From positions 1,681 through 65,680 of the forward strand of contig BJGQ01000006.1 of the NCBI GenBank assembly GCA_014190575.1: a DNA stretch of 64,000 nt. The letters are read 5' to 3'. The stretch's first letter is position 1. Each line of letters opens with the position of its first letter. Shown piece after piece: positions 40,575 through 50,738 of the stretch. The notes under the pieces are model-generated. The model did no database searches. It worked only from the letters and a program-made list of their open reading frames with translations, and was not told the origin of the DNA. A program made the position numbers and the translations under genes. The DNA is from Bacteroidota bacterium (GTDB lineage Bacteria; Bacteroidota; Bacteroidia; Chitinophagales; UBA10324).

Positions 40575-41526
40575 GCTTCTGCAATTCTTTATTTTTAATC
40601 ACCTTGTCAACTATAAACAATGGTCGTGCGCGCACTTGGTCGTAAATGCGCAATACATATTCACCAATCAATCCGAGTGCTAACAACTGGACTCCGCTAA
40701 ATATTGAAATGGCTAAAAACAATGAAGCATAACCAGGAGGAACACCGCCCATCCAGTACATTTTAATCAACACATAAATGAAAAATAAAAATGCTCCAAT
40801 CATTGTAAGCATTCCTAATCGTGTAATGAACTTGATCGGAAATTCGCTGAAGTTGAAGATGCCGTTGTATGCCAGATTGAAAAGCATTTTGAAAGTATAT
40901 TTCGCTTCGCCGGCTGAGCGCGCATCGCGTTCGTATTCCAAACCAGTTTGCCGGAAACCAATCCATGTGCGCATGCCGCGAATGAATCGACTGCGCTCGG
41001 GCATTGCATTCAGATGATCCACAACTCTGCGGCTTAACAAAGCGAAGTCGCCACTGTCGAGCGGAATTTCAATACTTGAAATATTTTTAAGCAGTCGGTA
41101 ATAAAACCAGTAGGCGGATTTTTTTACTGCACCCTCCTTGCGTTTTCTTCTGATACCGTAAATCACTTCGTAACCTTCTTTATATTTTTCATAAAACCGT
41201 CCGAGTAATTCAGGCGGATCCTGTAAATCGCCATCAATAACAAAAACGGCGTCACTGCAATTTACATAAGTCAATCCCGCAGTAAGTGCCAACTGATGCC
41301 CGTGATTGCGCGCAAGAAAAACACTTTGATAATGTGAATCGGTGAGCGCGAGTTCGTTCATCAGCAGCGGAGTTTTATCGCGGCTGCCATCGTTCACTAA
41401 AATAACTTCAATTGTGTAAGCAGAATTTTTTATCAGTTGATTCAGCCGGTCAATTAATAAAGCAAAACCTGCTTCTTCGTTGTAAAGCGGAATAACAATA
41501 CTGATTTGTGGTTGCTTATCGGACAT
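40567..41526 (-). CDS. GT2 polyisoprenyl-phosphate glycosyltransferase (GtrB/ArnC-like)
   Basis: IVIPLYNEE, VNDGSRD, RNHGHQ, DGDLQDPP, DSGDF, two C-terminal TM helices, GEY..RIY; start ATG 41526. Confidence 0.92.
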   Translation of the reverse strand: MSDKQPQISIVIPLYNEEAGFALLIDRLNQLIKNSAYTIEVILVNDGSRDKTPLLMNELALTDSHYQSVFLARNHGHQLALTAGLTYVNCSDAVFVIDGDLQDPPELLGRFYEKYKEGYEVIYGIRRKRKEGAVKKSAYWFYYRLLKNISSIEIPLDSGDFALLSRRVVDHLNAMPERSRFIRGMRTWIGFRQTGLEYERDARSAGEAKYTFKMLFNLAYNGIFNFSEFPIKFITRLGMLTMIGAFLFFIYVLIKMYWMGGVPPGYASLFLAISIFSGVQLLALGLIGEYVLRIYDQVRARPLFIVDKVIKNKELQKRG

Positions 41527-41544
41527 GGATGAATTGAATAGCTG

Positions 41545-41552
41545 CAAATGTA
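41545..41552 (-). promoter_or_regulatory. -7 box internal to the glycan cluster
   Basis: TACATTTG on the minus strand between asnB and GT2. Confidence 0.6.
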
Positions 41553-41559
41553 AAAGACT

Positions 41560-43410
41560 TCAATTGTGTTTTTCCTTTTCGAGCCACTGCTGCAAAATGA
41601 TTAAAGTCCATATGCGGTTGTAGAGGTATTCTTCGCCTGCATTAAACCGCTGTAACAGTTTTTTTACTTCCGGAAAATTTATCACAGCATGTTGCTCCAC
41701 CATTTCTTTCGATAAATAAAAATCAACTAAGTGTTTCAATTCTTTTTTCAGCCAGTGTTTTAAAGGAATTGCAAATCCCTGTTTTGGTCGGTCGAAATAT
41801 TCGCGGGGCACATAATCGTACAGTACTTCCTTGAGTAAATATTTTGCTGTTCCGTTTTTCAGTTTCAGATTTTCGTTGAGGTTCAATGCAAATTCCACCA
41901 CCCGATAATCTAAAAATGGTGTGCGTGTTTCCAATGAATACTTCATGCTTGCCTGATCTACTTTCACGAGCAAATCATCTTTCAGATAATAATTCAAATC
42001 GAACAATGCCTGTGCTTCTTTCACTGATAAATTTCTTTTCAGTGAAGAAATATTCTGAGCAATTCTGTATTCGTCATTCGGTTTGTTTACCAAAATATTT
42101 TCAATTTCGTCAGCAGAAAAAAAGTATTGCTCTTGCGAAAAAATATGCGAAGGCAGAAATTGTTTGTCGGAATAATTCAGCAGTGCTGCAACTCTTTTAT
42201 ATTTTGAAGGAAGCATAGTTAGCATTCCGCTTAACGGTTTTCGGAAAGTTTGCAACAAAGGATTCTGCAATCGCTCCGCCCACTTGTATGCACCGTATCC
42301 CATAAATAATTCGTCGCCCCCATCGCCGCTCAAAGTCATGGTTACATGTTGTCGCGCCAATTTCGAAACCAACATGGTTGGTATGGCTGATGAATCGGCA
42401 TATGGTTCATCATACTGATCAATAATTTTATCAGCGAGTTCAATGGCTTCGTTGTAGGTGACTATAAATTCGTAGTGTTCTGTATGCAAGTGCCGCGAAA
42501 TTTTTTTGGCGTATTCACTCTCGTTAAATCCTGCATCGTTAAATCCAATTGAAAAAGTTTTTACAGGTTCGGCAGAAACAGATTGCGCAATGGCTGTTAC
42601 CAGACTTGAATCAATTCCTCCACTCAAAAAAGTTCCGAAGGGGACATCGCTGATCATGCGAAGTTGCACACTGCTGCGCATCAGATTGTTCAATTGATTT
42701 TTAGCAGTTGCAAAATCATTGACTGTTACAGATTCAATTTTTTCTTCTGCTTTCCAGTAGGTTGAAAATTTTATTCCGGTTGCACCAATCTTTGCATACG
42801 AGCCGGAAGGAAATTTATAAATGCCTTCGTAAATCGTATCTGGTTCGGCGATGTACCCGATGTTCAGATATTGCGCAATTGCTTTCTGATTTTTCTTCAG
42901 GTTGTTTTTAAAATCCGGGAACTGTAACAGTGCTTTTAATTCAGATGCAAAAACAAATTTTCCATTTTGAAAAGAATAATAAATCGGTTTCACTCCCAAG
43001 CGATCGCGGAAAACAGTAAGTGATTTTTCCTGTTTATCGTAAAGCGCAATAGTGAACATGCCGTTGAACAAGTTCACTGCTTCCGCTCCTTTTTGTGAAA
43101 GTAATTCGAGAATCACTTCACTATCCGAATGTGTTTTTAAATCAGTTGTTACCTGCGAAGCAATTTCCTGAAAGTTGAAAATCTCTCCGTTGAAAACCAT
43201 TACATAACGCGAGTTGTGCGAATACATGGGTTGGTTTGCCGCACTCGACAAATCAATAATGCTCAACCGACGATGACCAAGACCACAATGTTCATCAAAG
43301 AAAAATCCATCAGAATCAGGCCCACGATGCGCAATAGCATCGGTCATTTTTTTCAGCGCGACTTCATCGCTGAATGGTTGAATGGAATAATATCCTGCAA
43401 TGCCGCACAT
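41560..43410 (-). CDS. asnB: Asparagine synthase (glutamine-hydrolysing) family amidotransferase
   Basis: MCGIAG, HRGPD, RRLSIIDL, FNGEIFN, LSGGIDSS, LSGDGGDELF, RPKQGF. Confidence 0.93.
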   Translation of the reverse strand: MCGIAGYYSIQPFSDEVALKKMTDAIAHRGPDSDGFFFDEHCGLGHRRLSIIDLSSAANQPMYSHNSRYVMVFNGEIFNFQEIASQVTTDLKTHSDSEVILELLSQKGAEAVNLFNGMFTIALYDKQEKSLTVFRDRLGVKPIYYSFQNGKFVFASELKALLQFPDFKNNLKKNQKAIAQYLNIGYIAEPDTIYEGIYKFPSGSYAKIGATGIKFSTYWKAEEKIESVTVNDFATAKNQLNNLMRSSVQLRMISDVPFGTFLSGGIDSSLVTAIAQSVSAEPVKTFSIGFNDAGFNESEYAKKISRHLHTEHYEFIVTYNEAIELADKIIDQYDEPYADSSAIPTMLVSKLARQHVTMTLSGDGGDELFMGYGAYKWAERLQNPLLQTFRKPLSGMLTMLPSKYKRVAALLNYSDKQFLPSHIFSQEQYFFSADEIENILVNKPNDEYRIAQNISSLKRNLSVKEAQALFDLNYYLKDDLLVKVDQASMKYSLETRTPFLDYRVVEFALNLNENLKLKNGTAKYLLKEVLYDYVPREYFDRPKQGFAIPLKHWLKKELKHLVDFYLSKEMVEQHAVINFPEVKKLLQRFNAGEEYLYNRIWTLIILQQWLEKEKHN

Positions 43411-44706
43411 TTACCTTTTCTGATTTTCTTTTAGAAATTTAACCAATTGTTCAGCTTGTTTTTTTCGGGTATAAGACAACACCTTTTCATTATCCGGAGA
43501 AATTGTAAAAAGATTTTTCCCAGATTTCTTTTCCTGTAATTGTTCTAACAAAAATTTTTTCAGTGCTTCAATAGTTTGAAATGTTAATCCTGATTTTGTC
43601 TCGTTAATTAATTCACTCAGCAAACCATTGTCATTGGGTAAAACTAAAATGGGTTTTTTAGCAGCGAGGTAATCATATACTTTGGCGAAAATTGCCTGAT
43701 AGTTTTTTTCTGAAAATGCAATTAAAAAATCTGATTCGACATTGTGCTTTAAAGCTTCGTGCCGGGCTATTCTTGGAGTGGTTTTTAAGTAAGAATTAAG
43801 TGTGTTACTGAAATTTTTCACCCTTGAATATTGAGTGGGATAGTATTCGAGTCCAATAAAATTCAATTGAATTTCAGCGGATGATATCTTTTTTTCATTG
43901 TGTAATTCGAGTAATGCCTGTAGCAAAAATTCAACCTGCTGACCGGCAGTTAGCGTACCATTATGCGTAAGGGTTAAGGTGGCAGATTGATCAGGCAAAT
44001 CTAGATTTAAAAATTCTTCAAAGCCATTATATACTACTTTGAAATTTTTTTTATGCAATTTGCCAAGGGCAGTTCCAAGGTATGGATCGGGCGCAGTAAT
44101 AAAACTGCAATTTCTTAAATATTTTTTTTCGAAATGAAATTCCCACGATTGCAAAAAACGATTGAGCATATCGCGGTTGTGTCGGGTAACATGATTTAAT
44201 TTCCATCCATCGCGGAAATCAGCAACCCATGGAATCCCGAATTCTTTGTGCAATAAATATCCGTACTTGAATAAAATAAATGGCTCTCCTGTAATTAAAA
44301 TGAAATCCGGTTTTTCGTGTTGCAAATATTTTCTTGCTTCAAAATACAGTCGCTTGTGTTTATCAAATGAAAATGAAACAAACGAAAACATTTTATAAAA
44401 CAGTGAAAGCATTTTTCGCCAAATCCTTTTTTTATCTGCTCCGAATTTCAACAATATTTTTTCTGGAAGCACTAATTCTATTGGAACTCGAATGACTGTG
44501 CCTTTTTCTGATTTATCAATGATTATTTTTTCTGATGAGGCATTTTTTAAAACATCTTCTGCCCGTTCAATTTTTGCAGTCCATTGCTTAGTTATAACAG
44601 TCGGTTCAATTCCATACTCATTAAAATAATTAAACCAGCTATAAGGTCGCTGTGCCCCGACAGAATTTAATGGTGGAAAATCATTGCAGATGATGAGTAC
44701 GCGCAC
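43411..44706 (-). CDS. GT4-like (GT-B) glycosyltransferase
   Basis: VLIICNDFPP..SVGAQR, WVADFRD.W, YNGF, H.GT, KVYDYL..KKPIL; probable GTG start at 44706, downstream of the TAATTTTG box at 44724-44731. Confidence 0.8.
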   Translation of the reverse strand: MRVLIICNDFPPLNSVGAQRPYSWFNYFNEYGIEPTVITKQWTAKIERAEDVLKNASSEKIIIDKSEKGTVIRVPIELVLPEKILLKFGADKKRIWRKMLSLFYKMFSFVSFSFDKHKRLYFEARKYLQHEKPDFILITGEPFILFKYGYLLHKEFGIPWVADFRDGWKLNHVTRHNRDMLNRFLQSWEFHFEKKYLRNCSFITAPDPYLGTALGKLHKKNFKVVYNGFEEFLNLDLPDQSATLTLTHNGTLTAGQQVEFLLQALLELHNEKKISSAEIQLNFIGLEYYPTQYSRVKNFSNTLNSYLKTTPRIARHEALKHNVESDFLIAFSEKNYQAIFAKVYDYLAAKKPILVLPNDNGLLSELINETKSGLTFQTIEALKKFLLEQLQEKKSGKNLFTISPDNEKVLSYTRKKQAEQLVKFLKENQKR

Positions 44707-44783
44707 AGAGAAGTTGAGTAGCGCAAAATTAATTTTAAAACCCAAAAAGAAATTCTACATTTCGGAATCAAAATTTCTCTGTT

Positions 44784-45242
44784 ATGAAAAAAATATTTTC
44801 TCTTTTGCTGGTTTTGAGTATTGCGCAATTTGTATTTGCGGACAGCTATCCGGTTTTGAAAGTAGTGCTGAAGGGCGGCATCTCTGGTCGGGTGGAATCA
44901 GTTGTGACAGATTTGAAAAACAGACCAGGAGCAGGTAGCTGGTGTTTTGATTATGTGCAGCAGACTTTGGGAAATACTGATTTTGAAAATGTGGAGTTTG
45001 GTTCTGTTACAAAATTAGATGTAACAGATTATCGCATCAGCAATGAACTGCTCGAATATGCGCAGGAGCAAATTAGCGTGAATCACCTTGAAGGAACTTA
45101 CACTCGCGAAGTGCCGGATGCAGTTACAGGTTGCAAGAGAGTTTATATGCTTACCTGGAAATCGAAAAATAAATTCGGCGATAAAGGAAGTATTAATGTA
45201 ATTAAATTAGATTCTCCTTCCTGTTTGCAATCACTTGTATAA
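44784..45242 (+). CDS. Small secreted hypothetical protein
   Basis: Clear signal peptide MKKIFSLLLVLSIAQFVFA; no recognisable domain. Confidence 0.6.
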   Translation: MKKIFSLLLVLSIAQFVFADSYPVLKVVLKGGISGRVESVVTDLKNRPGAGSWCFDYVQQTLGNTDFENVEFGSVTKLDVTDYRISNELLEYAQEQISVNHLEGTYTREVPDAVTGCKRVYMLTWKSKNKFGDKGSINVIKLDSPSCLQSLV

Positions 45243-45330
45243 TGAATTTTGGTATATTCAAACTGCCTAGATTTATTGAAACTTAACAATCAAAAAACTT
45301 TGTATTTTGAATTCTTCTTATTAAGAAAAT

Positions 45331-48177
45331 CTAACTAGCAACTTCTTCCATGTAACTTTCAACTGGCGGACAAACACAAATTAAATTTCGGTCGCCATGG
45401 GTATCGTTAATGCGTGATACTGAAGCCCAAAATTTATTTTTCATAACATAAGGCAATGGAAATGCAGCGCGTGAGCGGGAGTAAGGATGATTCCATTCAT
45501 CTGCAATTACTACAGCAGTCGTGTGCGGTGCATTGTGCAATAAATTATCGTCTTTGTCTGCAGTGCCATCTGCAATTTCCATAATTTCTTTTTTGATAGA
45601 AATTAATGCGTGACAGAAACGGTCGAGTTCTTCTTTGTCTTCGCTCTCTGTTGGTTCAATCATCAAAGTGCCGGCAACAGGGAACGAAACAGTTGGTGCA
45701 TGAAAACTATAATCCATTAATCGCTTGGCAATATCTCCAACTTCAATTCCGTATTTTTTAAACTCACGCATGTCTACAATCATTTCGTGTGCGCATCTGC
45801 CATTAGAACCTTGAAATAAAATATTGAATTCTTTTTCGAGAATGCTCTTCATGTAATTTGCATTCAGGATTGCATATCGTGTTGCATCAGCACAACCATC
45901 AGCACCTAATAATCTGATATATCCATAGGAAATTAATAGAATTGAAGCGCTTCCCCATGGTGCAGAACTCACAGAATGAATTGCTTTTTCACCACCTGTT
46001 TTTACGACAGGGTGCCCAGGTAAGTAAGGAGCTAATTTTTTATTTACACAAATAGGGCCCATTCCCGGGCCACCACCACCATGTGGAATTGCAAAAGTTT
46101 TATGCAGGTTAATGTGATTTACATCGGCACCAATTGCAGAAGGAGAAGTTAGCCCAACCTGTGCATTCATGTTCGCACCATCCATGTAAACCAATCCACC
46201 ATTTGCATGAGTGATTGCACAAATTTCATTTATGCTTTCTTCAAACACACCGTGCGTTGAAGGATAAGTTACCATCAGACAAGCCAAATCATTTTTATGT
46301 TCTTCAGCTTTTTGTTTTAAATCGGCAACATCAATGTTTCCTTTCTCATCGCACTTGGTTACAATAACTTTCATTCCGGCCATCACAGCACTGGCAGGAT
46401 TTGTTCCGTGAGCTGAAGATGGAATAAGCGCAACATTCCGATGACTTTCATTTCTGTCTTTGTGATAGGCCATGATTACAAGCAGACCTGCATACTCGCC
46501 TTGCGCCCCTGAATTCGGTTGCAATGAACAGGCATCGAAACCGGTGATTGCACATAAATAATTTTCGAGTTGCGAAATAATTTCAGTGTATCCTTTTGTT
46601 TGTTCTGCAGGGGCGAATGGATGAATGGAAGAAAATTCAGGCCAACTCAATGGCATCATTTCAGTTGCTGCATTCAGTTTCATTGTACAACTTCCCAATG
46701 AAATCATAGAAGTGTTTAGCGAAAGGTCTTTGTTCTCCAATTGTTTTAAGTAACGCATCATCTGCGATTCAGAATGATGGCGGTTGAAAACAGGATGTGT
46801 TAAATAAGTTGAATCTCTTTTTAGTGAAGCAGGAATATTTTTTAATTCCGAAGAAATATTTATTTCAGTTGATGAAGAAAAAACTTTCAGAATATCCTGA
46901 ACATCTTTTTCAGTGGTTGTTTCATCCAAAGAAATTCCAATGTGAGTCGCATCAATAATTCTGAAATTGATTTCGTTTTTTGATGCTGCAGCTTTTATTG
47001 AATTTGAGTCTGAAACTTCAACATAAACAGTATCGAAGAAATTTTTATTCAGAATTTTTACTCCGGAAATTTTTGAAAGAGAATTAGAAAGCGATTGTGT
47101 TAGAGTAGAAATTTTAGTTGCAATATTTTTCAATCCGTCAGTACCATGATATATAGCATAAGCAGCAGCCATGTTTGCAAGCAAGGCTTGTGCAGTACAA
47201 ATGTTTGAAGTTGCTTTTTCTCTTCTGATGTGTTGCTCTCGTGTTTGCAAACTCATACGAAAAGCAGGTTGGCCTTGAGCATCGATTGAAACCCCGATTA
47301 TGCGTCCCGGCATTAATCGTTTGTATTCATCTTTAGCAGCAAAGAAAGCTGCATGTGGGCCACCAAATCCGAGGGGTACACCAAATCGTTGTGCTGAACC
47401 AATAGCAATATCAGCCCCTAATTCTCCTGGAGATTTTAATAAAGTTAATGCAAGCAAGTCGGTCGCCATTACCACTTTCACTCCGCATTTATTGGCTTCT
47501 TCTATCAATGAAGAATAATCATTTACCCCACCAAATGAATCCGGGTACTGAACAATGCACCCAAAAACTTTTTCGTTGAAATTAAATTTATCGGGGGATG
47601 AAATCACCAATTCAATATCTAACGGAAGTGCTCGTGTTTTTAAAATATCTATTGTTTGAGGGAAACAATTATCAGCAACGAGAAAAACATTTTTTGTTTC
47701 TTCTTTTCCATTTGAATGATATACCAAAGTCATTGCTTCACTAGCAGCAGTTCCTTCATCCAACAATGATGCATTACTAACCGGTAAGCCAGTTAAATCG
47801 CAGACCATGGTTTGGTAATTCAACAACATTTCTAATCTGCCTTGTGCAATCTCAGCCTGATAGGGTGTATACTGCGTGTACCATCCGGGATTTTCAAAAA
47901 TATTCCTAAGGATTACTGAAGGAGTGATTGTATTATAATATCCCATTCCAATAAAAGAACGAAACACTTTATTTTCTGAAGCAAATATTTTCATCATCTT
48001 CAAATACTCAAATTCACTAAGCGCTTCAGGAAGTTTTAATTTTTTATCAGTAAGAATTGAAGCAGGAATTGTTTCCTTTATCAGTTGGTTGAGTGAGGAA
48101 ACACCAATTGCATGAAGCATTTCCGTGGTTTCATTTTTATTTGGCCCAATATGACGGTGGAAAAAAGAACTTGACAT
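45331..48177 (-). CDS. gcvP: Glycine dehydrogenase (decarboxylating), glycine cleavage P protein
   Basis: [55 protein letters not shown]. Confidence 0.98.
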   Translation of the reverse strand: MSSSFFHRHIGPNKNETTEMLHAIGVSSLNQLIKETIPASILTDKKLKLPEALSEFEYLKMMKIFASENKVFRSFIGMGYYNTITPSVILRNIFENPGWYTQYTPYQAEIAQGRLEMLLNYQTMVCDLTGLPVSNASLLDEGTAASEAMTLVYHSNGKEETKNVFLVADNCFPQTIDILKTRALPLDIELVISSPDKFNFNEKVFGCIVQYPDSFGGVNDYSSLIEEANKCGVKVVMATDLLALTLLKSPGELGADIAIGSAQRFGVPLGFGGPHAAFFAAKDEYKRLMPGRIIGVSIDAQGQPAFRMSLQTREQHIRREKATSNICTAQALLANMAAAYAIYHGTDGLKNIATKISTLTQSLSNSLSKISGVKILNKNFFDTVYVEVSDSNSIKAAASKNEINFRIIDATHIGISLDETTTEKDVQDILKVFSSSTEINISSELKNIPASLKRDSTYLTHPVFNRHHSESQMMRYLKQLENKDLSLNTSMISLGSCTMKLNAATEMMPLSWPEFSSIHPFAPAEQTKGYTEIISQLENYLCAITGFDACSLQPNSGAQGEYAGLLVIMAYHKDRNESHRNVALIPSSAHGTNPASAVMAGMKVIVTKCDEKGNIDVADLKQKAEEHKNDLACLMVTYPSTHGVFEESINEICAITHANGGLVYMDGANMNAQVGLTSPSAIGADVNHINLHKTFAIPHGGGGPGMGPICVNKKLAPYLPGHPVVKTGGEKAIHSVSSAPWGSASILLISYGYIRLLGADGCADATRYAILNANYMKSILEKEFNILFQGSNGRCAHEMIVDMREFKKYGIEVGDIAKRLMDYSFHAPTVSFPVAGTLMIEPTESEDKEELDRFCHALISIKKEIMEIADGTADKDDNLLHNAPHTTAVVIADEWNHPYSRSRAAFPLPYVMKNKFWASVSRINDTHGDRNLICVCPPVESYMEEVAS

Positions 48178-48225
48178 TTTTATAATTAGATTTTAGTATG
48201 ATTTAACTTGGTTTTTCAAGAGACG

Positions 48226-48233
48226 CAAATGTA
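48226..48233 (-). promoter_or_regulatory. -7 box for gcvP
   Basis: TACATTTG on the minus strand, 48 nt before ATG. Confidence 0.6.
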
Positions 48234-48376
48234 ACGGACAAATGACAATTTTGAGGGCAATAAAAACATACGAATGCCGTTATTCACAACACTCTAACAT
48301 ACCGCTTGTTAAAAATTTAAAGAATTAGGGTTACTTTTAGTGCCGCTATAGTTACTTTTAAAAAAAATTAAAAATC

Positions 48377-48952
48377 ATGTTTTGTGACTACTGTAAAGTT
48401 TTAGGTGTAGAACACAATGCCAGCGACATGGAAATTAAGCTGGCATTTAGAAAACGGGCAAAGGATACTCACCCTGAATTTAATTCTGCATCAGATGCGG
48501 AACAACAATTCATAACTTTGAATGAAGCATATGACATTCTTATACATCATAAAACCCGTGAACTTTTTGAAGAAGATTTGAATACCTATCATAACCCTGA
48601 AGCTTATCCTCCATATAAACATTGGATTATTGTTGCTAGGGAAAGAGCTACAGTTCACTCAAGACTTCCATATAAAGAATTCACTCGAACTAAGTTTTAT
48701 CAAGGTACTCATACATCTCCTTATCTTCTTTTTGTCGCTGAGTTTGTTGCTTCTATTGTATTAATTCTTGTCCCTTATGTTTTAATGGTAAGAGATGACA
48801 GCAGAATCCTTGGTGTTTTTTCACTTTTTATTGCTTTGCCAGCCGGAATTTTTATGTTGGTTCAGGCATTGTCAGGTTTTTCTGCAATGAAAAAATTTAA
48901 ATCTACAGGAAAAATCAGTAAAAAGGGTGATACTAAAATTCAGAAAACCTGA
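48377..48952 (+). CDS. J-domain-like membrane protein (HPE instead of HPD)
   Basis: DY..VLGV...AS..EIK.AFR..A...HPE...A..QF..LNEAY.IL; two C-terminal TM helices. Confidence 0.8.
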   Translation: MFCDYCKVLGVEHNASDMEIKLAFRKRAKDTHPEFNSASDAEQQFITLNEAYDILIHHKTRELFEEDLNTYHNPEAYPPYKHWIIVARERATVHSRLPYKEFTRTKFYQGTHTSPYLLFVAEFVASIVLILVPYVLMVRDDSRILGVFSLFIALPAGIFMLVQALSGFSAMKKFKSTGKISKKGDTKIQKT

Positions 48953-49006
48953 GCAATATTTTTTTAATTTCTATTCAGATACATTTACCGCTGCATAATT
49001 TTTCTA

Positions 49007-49651
49007 ATGGCATTTAAAAGAGCATTGATACTCTTCCTCTTTGTTTTTCTATTTTTTTCTTTTTCATCGCGAGCTCAAAACAGAAAAGTAATTCAGTTTA
49101 GTGGAGTCATTTATTCAGCTGATACTGCGCATCGGTCAATACCATTTGCAACAGTATATGATTATACATTAGGAAATATTGCGATCAGCAACTTTACTGG
49201 TTTTTTTAGTTTGGTTGGATATGAAGGCGATACCATTTACTTTTCTACTGTCGGATTTAAAACCCAAGAGTTTATTATTCCGATTGGAAATGAAACAGAA
49301 AAATTTACAGCCAACTTTTTTTTAGCACCAACTTTTTACATGTTACCTGAAGCGATTGTTTATCCATGGGGTTCGCGCGATCAGTTTCCGTATGCATTTA
49401 TTCATACTCCAATTCCGGATGATGATTTGGAAAGGGCCAGAAAAAATCTTAATCCAGATTATTTGCGGTCACTTTCTTTAGCACAAGGCTCCGACCCGAA
49501 TATTAATGCAAGAATGGTGATGAATAATTATTCGCAGACTTTATATTATTACGGACAAGCTCATCCAATCAGTTTATTAAATGCCTTTGCCTGGAGTCAG
49601 TTTATCAGTGATTTGAAAAGCGGGAAGTATAAAAATCCGAATAAGAAATAG
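49007..49651 (+). CDS. CarboxypepD_reg-like domain exported protein
   Basis: Signal SRA|Q; IQFSGVI, IPFATV, SNFTGFFS, GDTI.FS.VGF. Confidence 0.75.
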   Translation: MAFKRALILFLFVFLFFSFSSRAQNRKVIQFSGVIYSADTAHRSIPFATVYDYTLGNIAISNFTGFFSLVGYEGDTIYFSTVGFKTQEFIIPIGNETEKFTANFFLAPTFYMLPEAIVYPWGSRDQFPYAFIHTPIPDDDLERARKNLNPDYLRSLSLAQGSDPNINARMVMNNYSQTLYYYGQAHPISLLNAFAWSQFISDLKSGKYKNPNKK

Positions 49652-49731
49652 TAGGTAGTTTTTTGGTGTCAGCAATTAATTATTTGCAATTTGAAAATTC
49701 AAATATTACAATCGGGGTTAAAATCTTTGGT

Positions 49732-50325
49732 TTATTTTTTAACCGGAAATTTCATTTTATAGTCCACCTTAACATCCCCTTTTGAAATTCGTTCGAGTTT
49801 ATTCTTCAGCAATCTTTTTTTCAAAGGCTTTAATAAATCGGTAAATAATATTCCTTCGATGTGATCGTATTCATGTTGAATTACTCGACCTGTTAAACCG
49901 GAAAATATTTCGCGATGCTTTTTAAAATTAACATCCATGTATTCAATATCAATTTCGTCGGGCCGTAAAACATCTTCTCGAATGTTCGGAATGCTTAAAC
50001 AACCTTCGGTGTAATACCATTCTTCACCAACACGCGAATGAATTTTTGCATTGATAAAAACCTGTGTCACGCCTTTCTCACCAGCAAAATCATTTTCTGA
50101 TTGATCTTCTTCCTCTTCCATTTTTTTTAGAATAAAATCGCTGTCTACCAAAAAAAGACGAATCGGTAAATTTATTTGTGGCGCCGCCAATCCAATGCCG
50201 GAAGCATTGTACATGGTGTCCCACATGTTTGAAATGATCTCAGCAAGATTCGGGTAAAGTGCATCGATGTCTGAACTTCTTTTTCGTAAAACAGGATCGC
50301 CGTAAGCGGTTATCGGTAAAATCAT
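49732..50325 (-). CDS. def: Peptide deformylase
   Basis: GIGLAAPQ, EGCLS, QHEYDH. Confidence 0.97.
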   Translation of the reverse strand: MILPITAYGDPVLRKRSSDIDALYPNLAEIISNMWDTMYNASGIGLAAPQINLPIRLFLVDSDFILKKMEEEEDQSENDFAGEKGVTQVFINAKIHSRVGEEWYYTEGCLSIPNIREDVLRPDEIDIEYMDVNFKKHREIFSGLTGRVIQHEYDHIEGILFTDLLKPLKKRLLKNKLERISKGDVKVDYKMKFPVKK

Positions 50326-50738
50326 TTAGGGTAGGTGTCAAGAAAAGTTTGCAAAATAATAGCAGCACTCACTTTATCAACTAAGTTTTTATCCTGTCTC
50401 TTCATTTTTCCAATCCCACTATTCAAAATTATTGCTGAAGCCATTTTCGAAGTAAATCGCTCATCAACTTTGTGAACTGGAATTAATGGAAATTCTTTTT
50501 GAAGAATCAGAATAAATGCATTCACTTTTGGACTTAATTTATTGTCTTCGTTTCGTAAGGTCTTCGGATCGCCAATCACAAATACTTCTACCGGTTCTTT
50601 TCTGCAATAATCTTTTAAAAAATTTAATACCTCGTGAGTTGGAACAGTTGTGAGTGAAGAAGAAATAATTTTTGATAAATCAGTCACTGCAATACCAACT
50701 CTTTTTTCTCCGAAATCAATTCCTAATAATCTCCCCAT
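50322..50738 (-). CDS. ruvX: YqgF/RuvX RNase H-fold nuclease
   Basis: LGIDFGEKRVGIA, DERFTS, VD..SA.IILQ. Confidence 0.93.
   Translation of the reverse strand: MGRLLGIDFGEKRVGIAVTDLSKIISSSLTTVPTHEVLNFLKDYCRKEPVEVFVIGDPKTLRNEDNKLSPKVNAFILILQKEFPLIPVHKVDERFTSKMASAIILNSGIGKMKRQDKNLVDKVSAAIILQTFLDTYPK

Noticed and set aside
48178-48376. Glycine riboswitch upstream of gcvP, or oriC from a DnaA-box-like TTATTCACA at 48280-48288
   Set aside because: The promoter box leaves only about 40-45 nt of leader with no aptamer motif, and one 9-mer is not an origin
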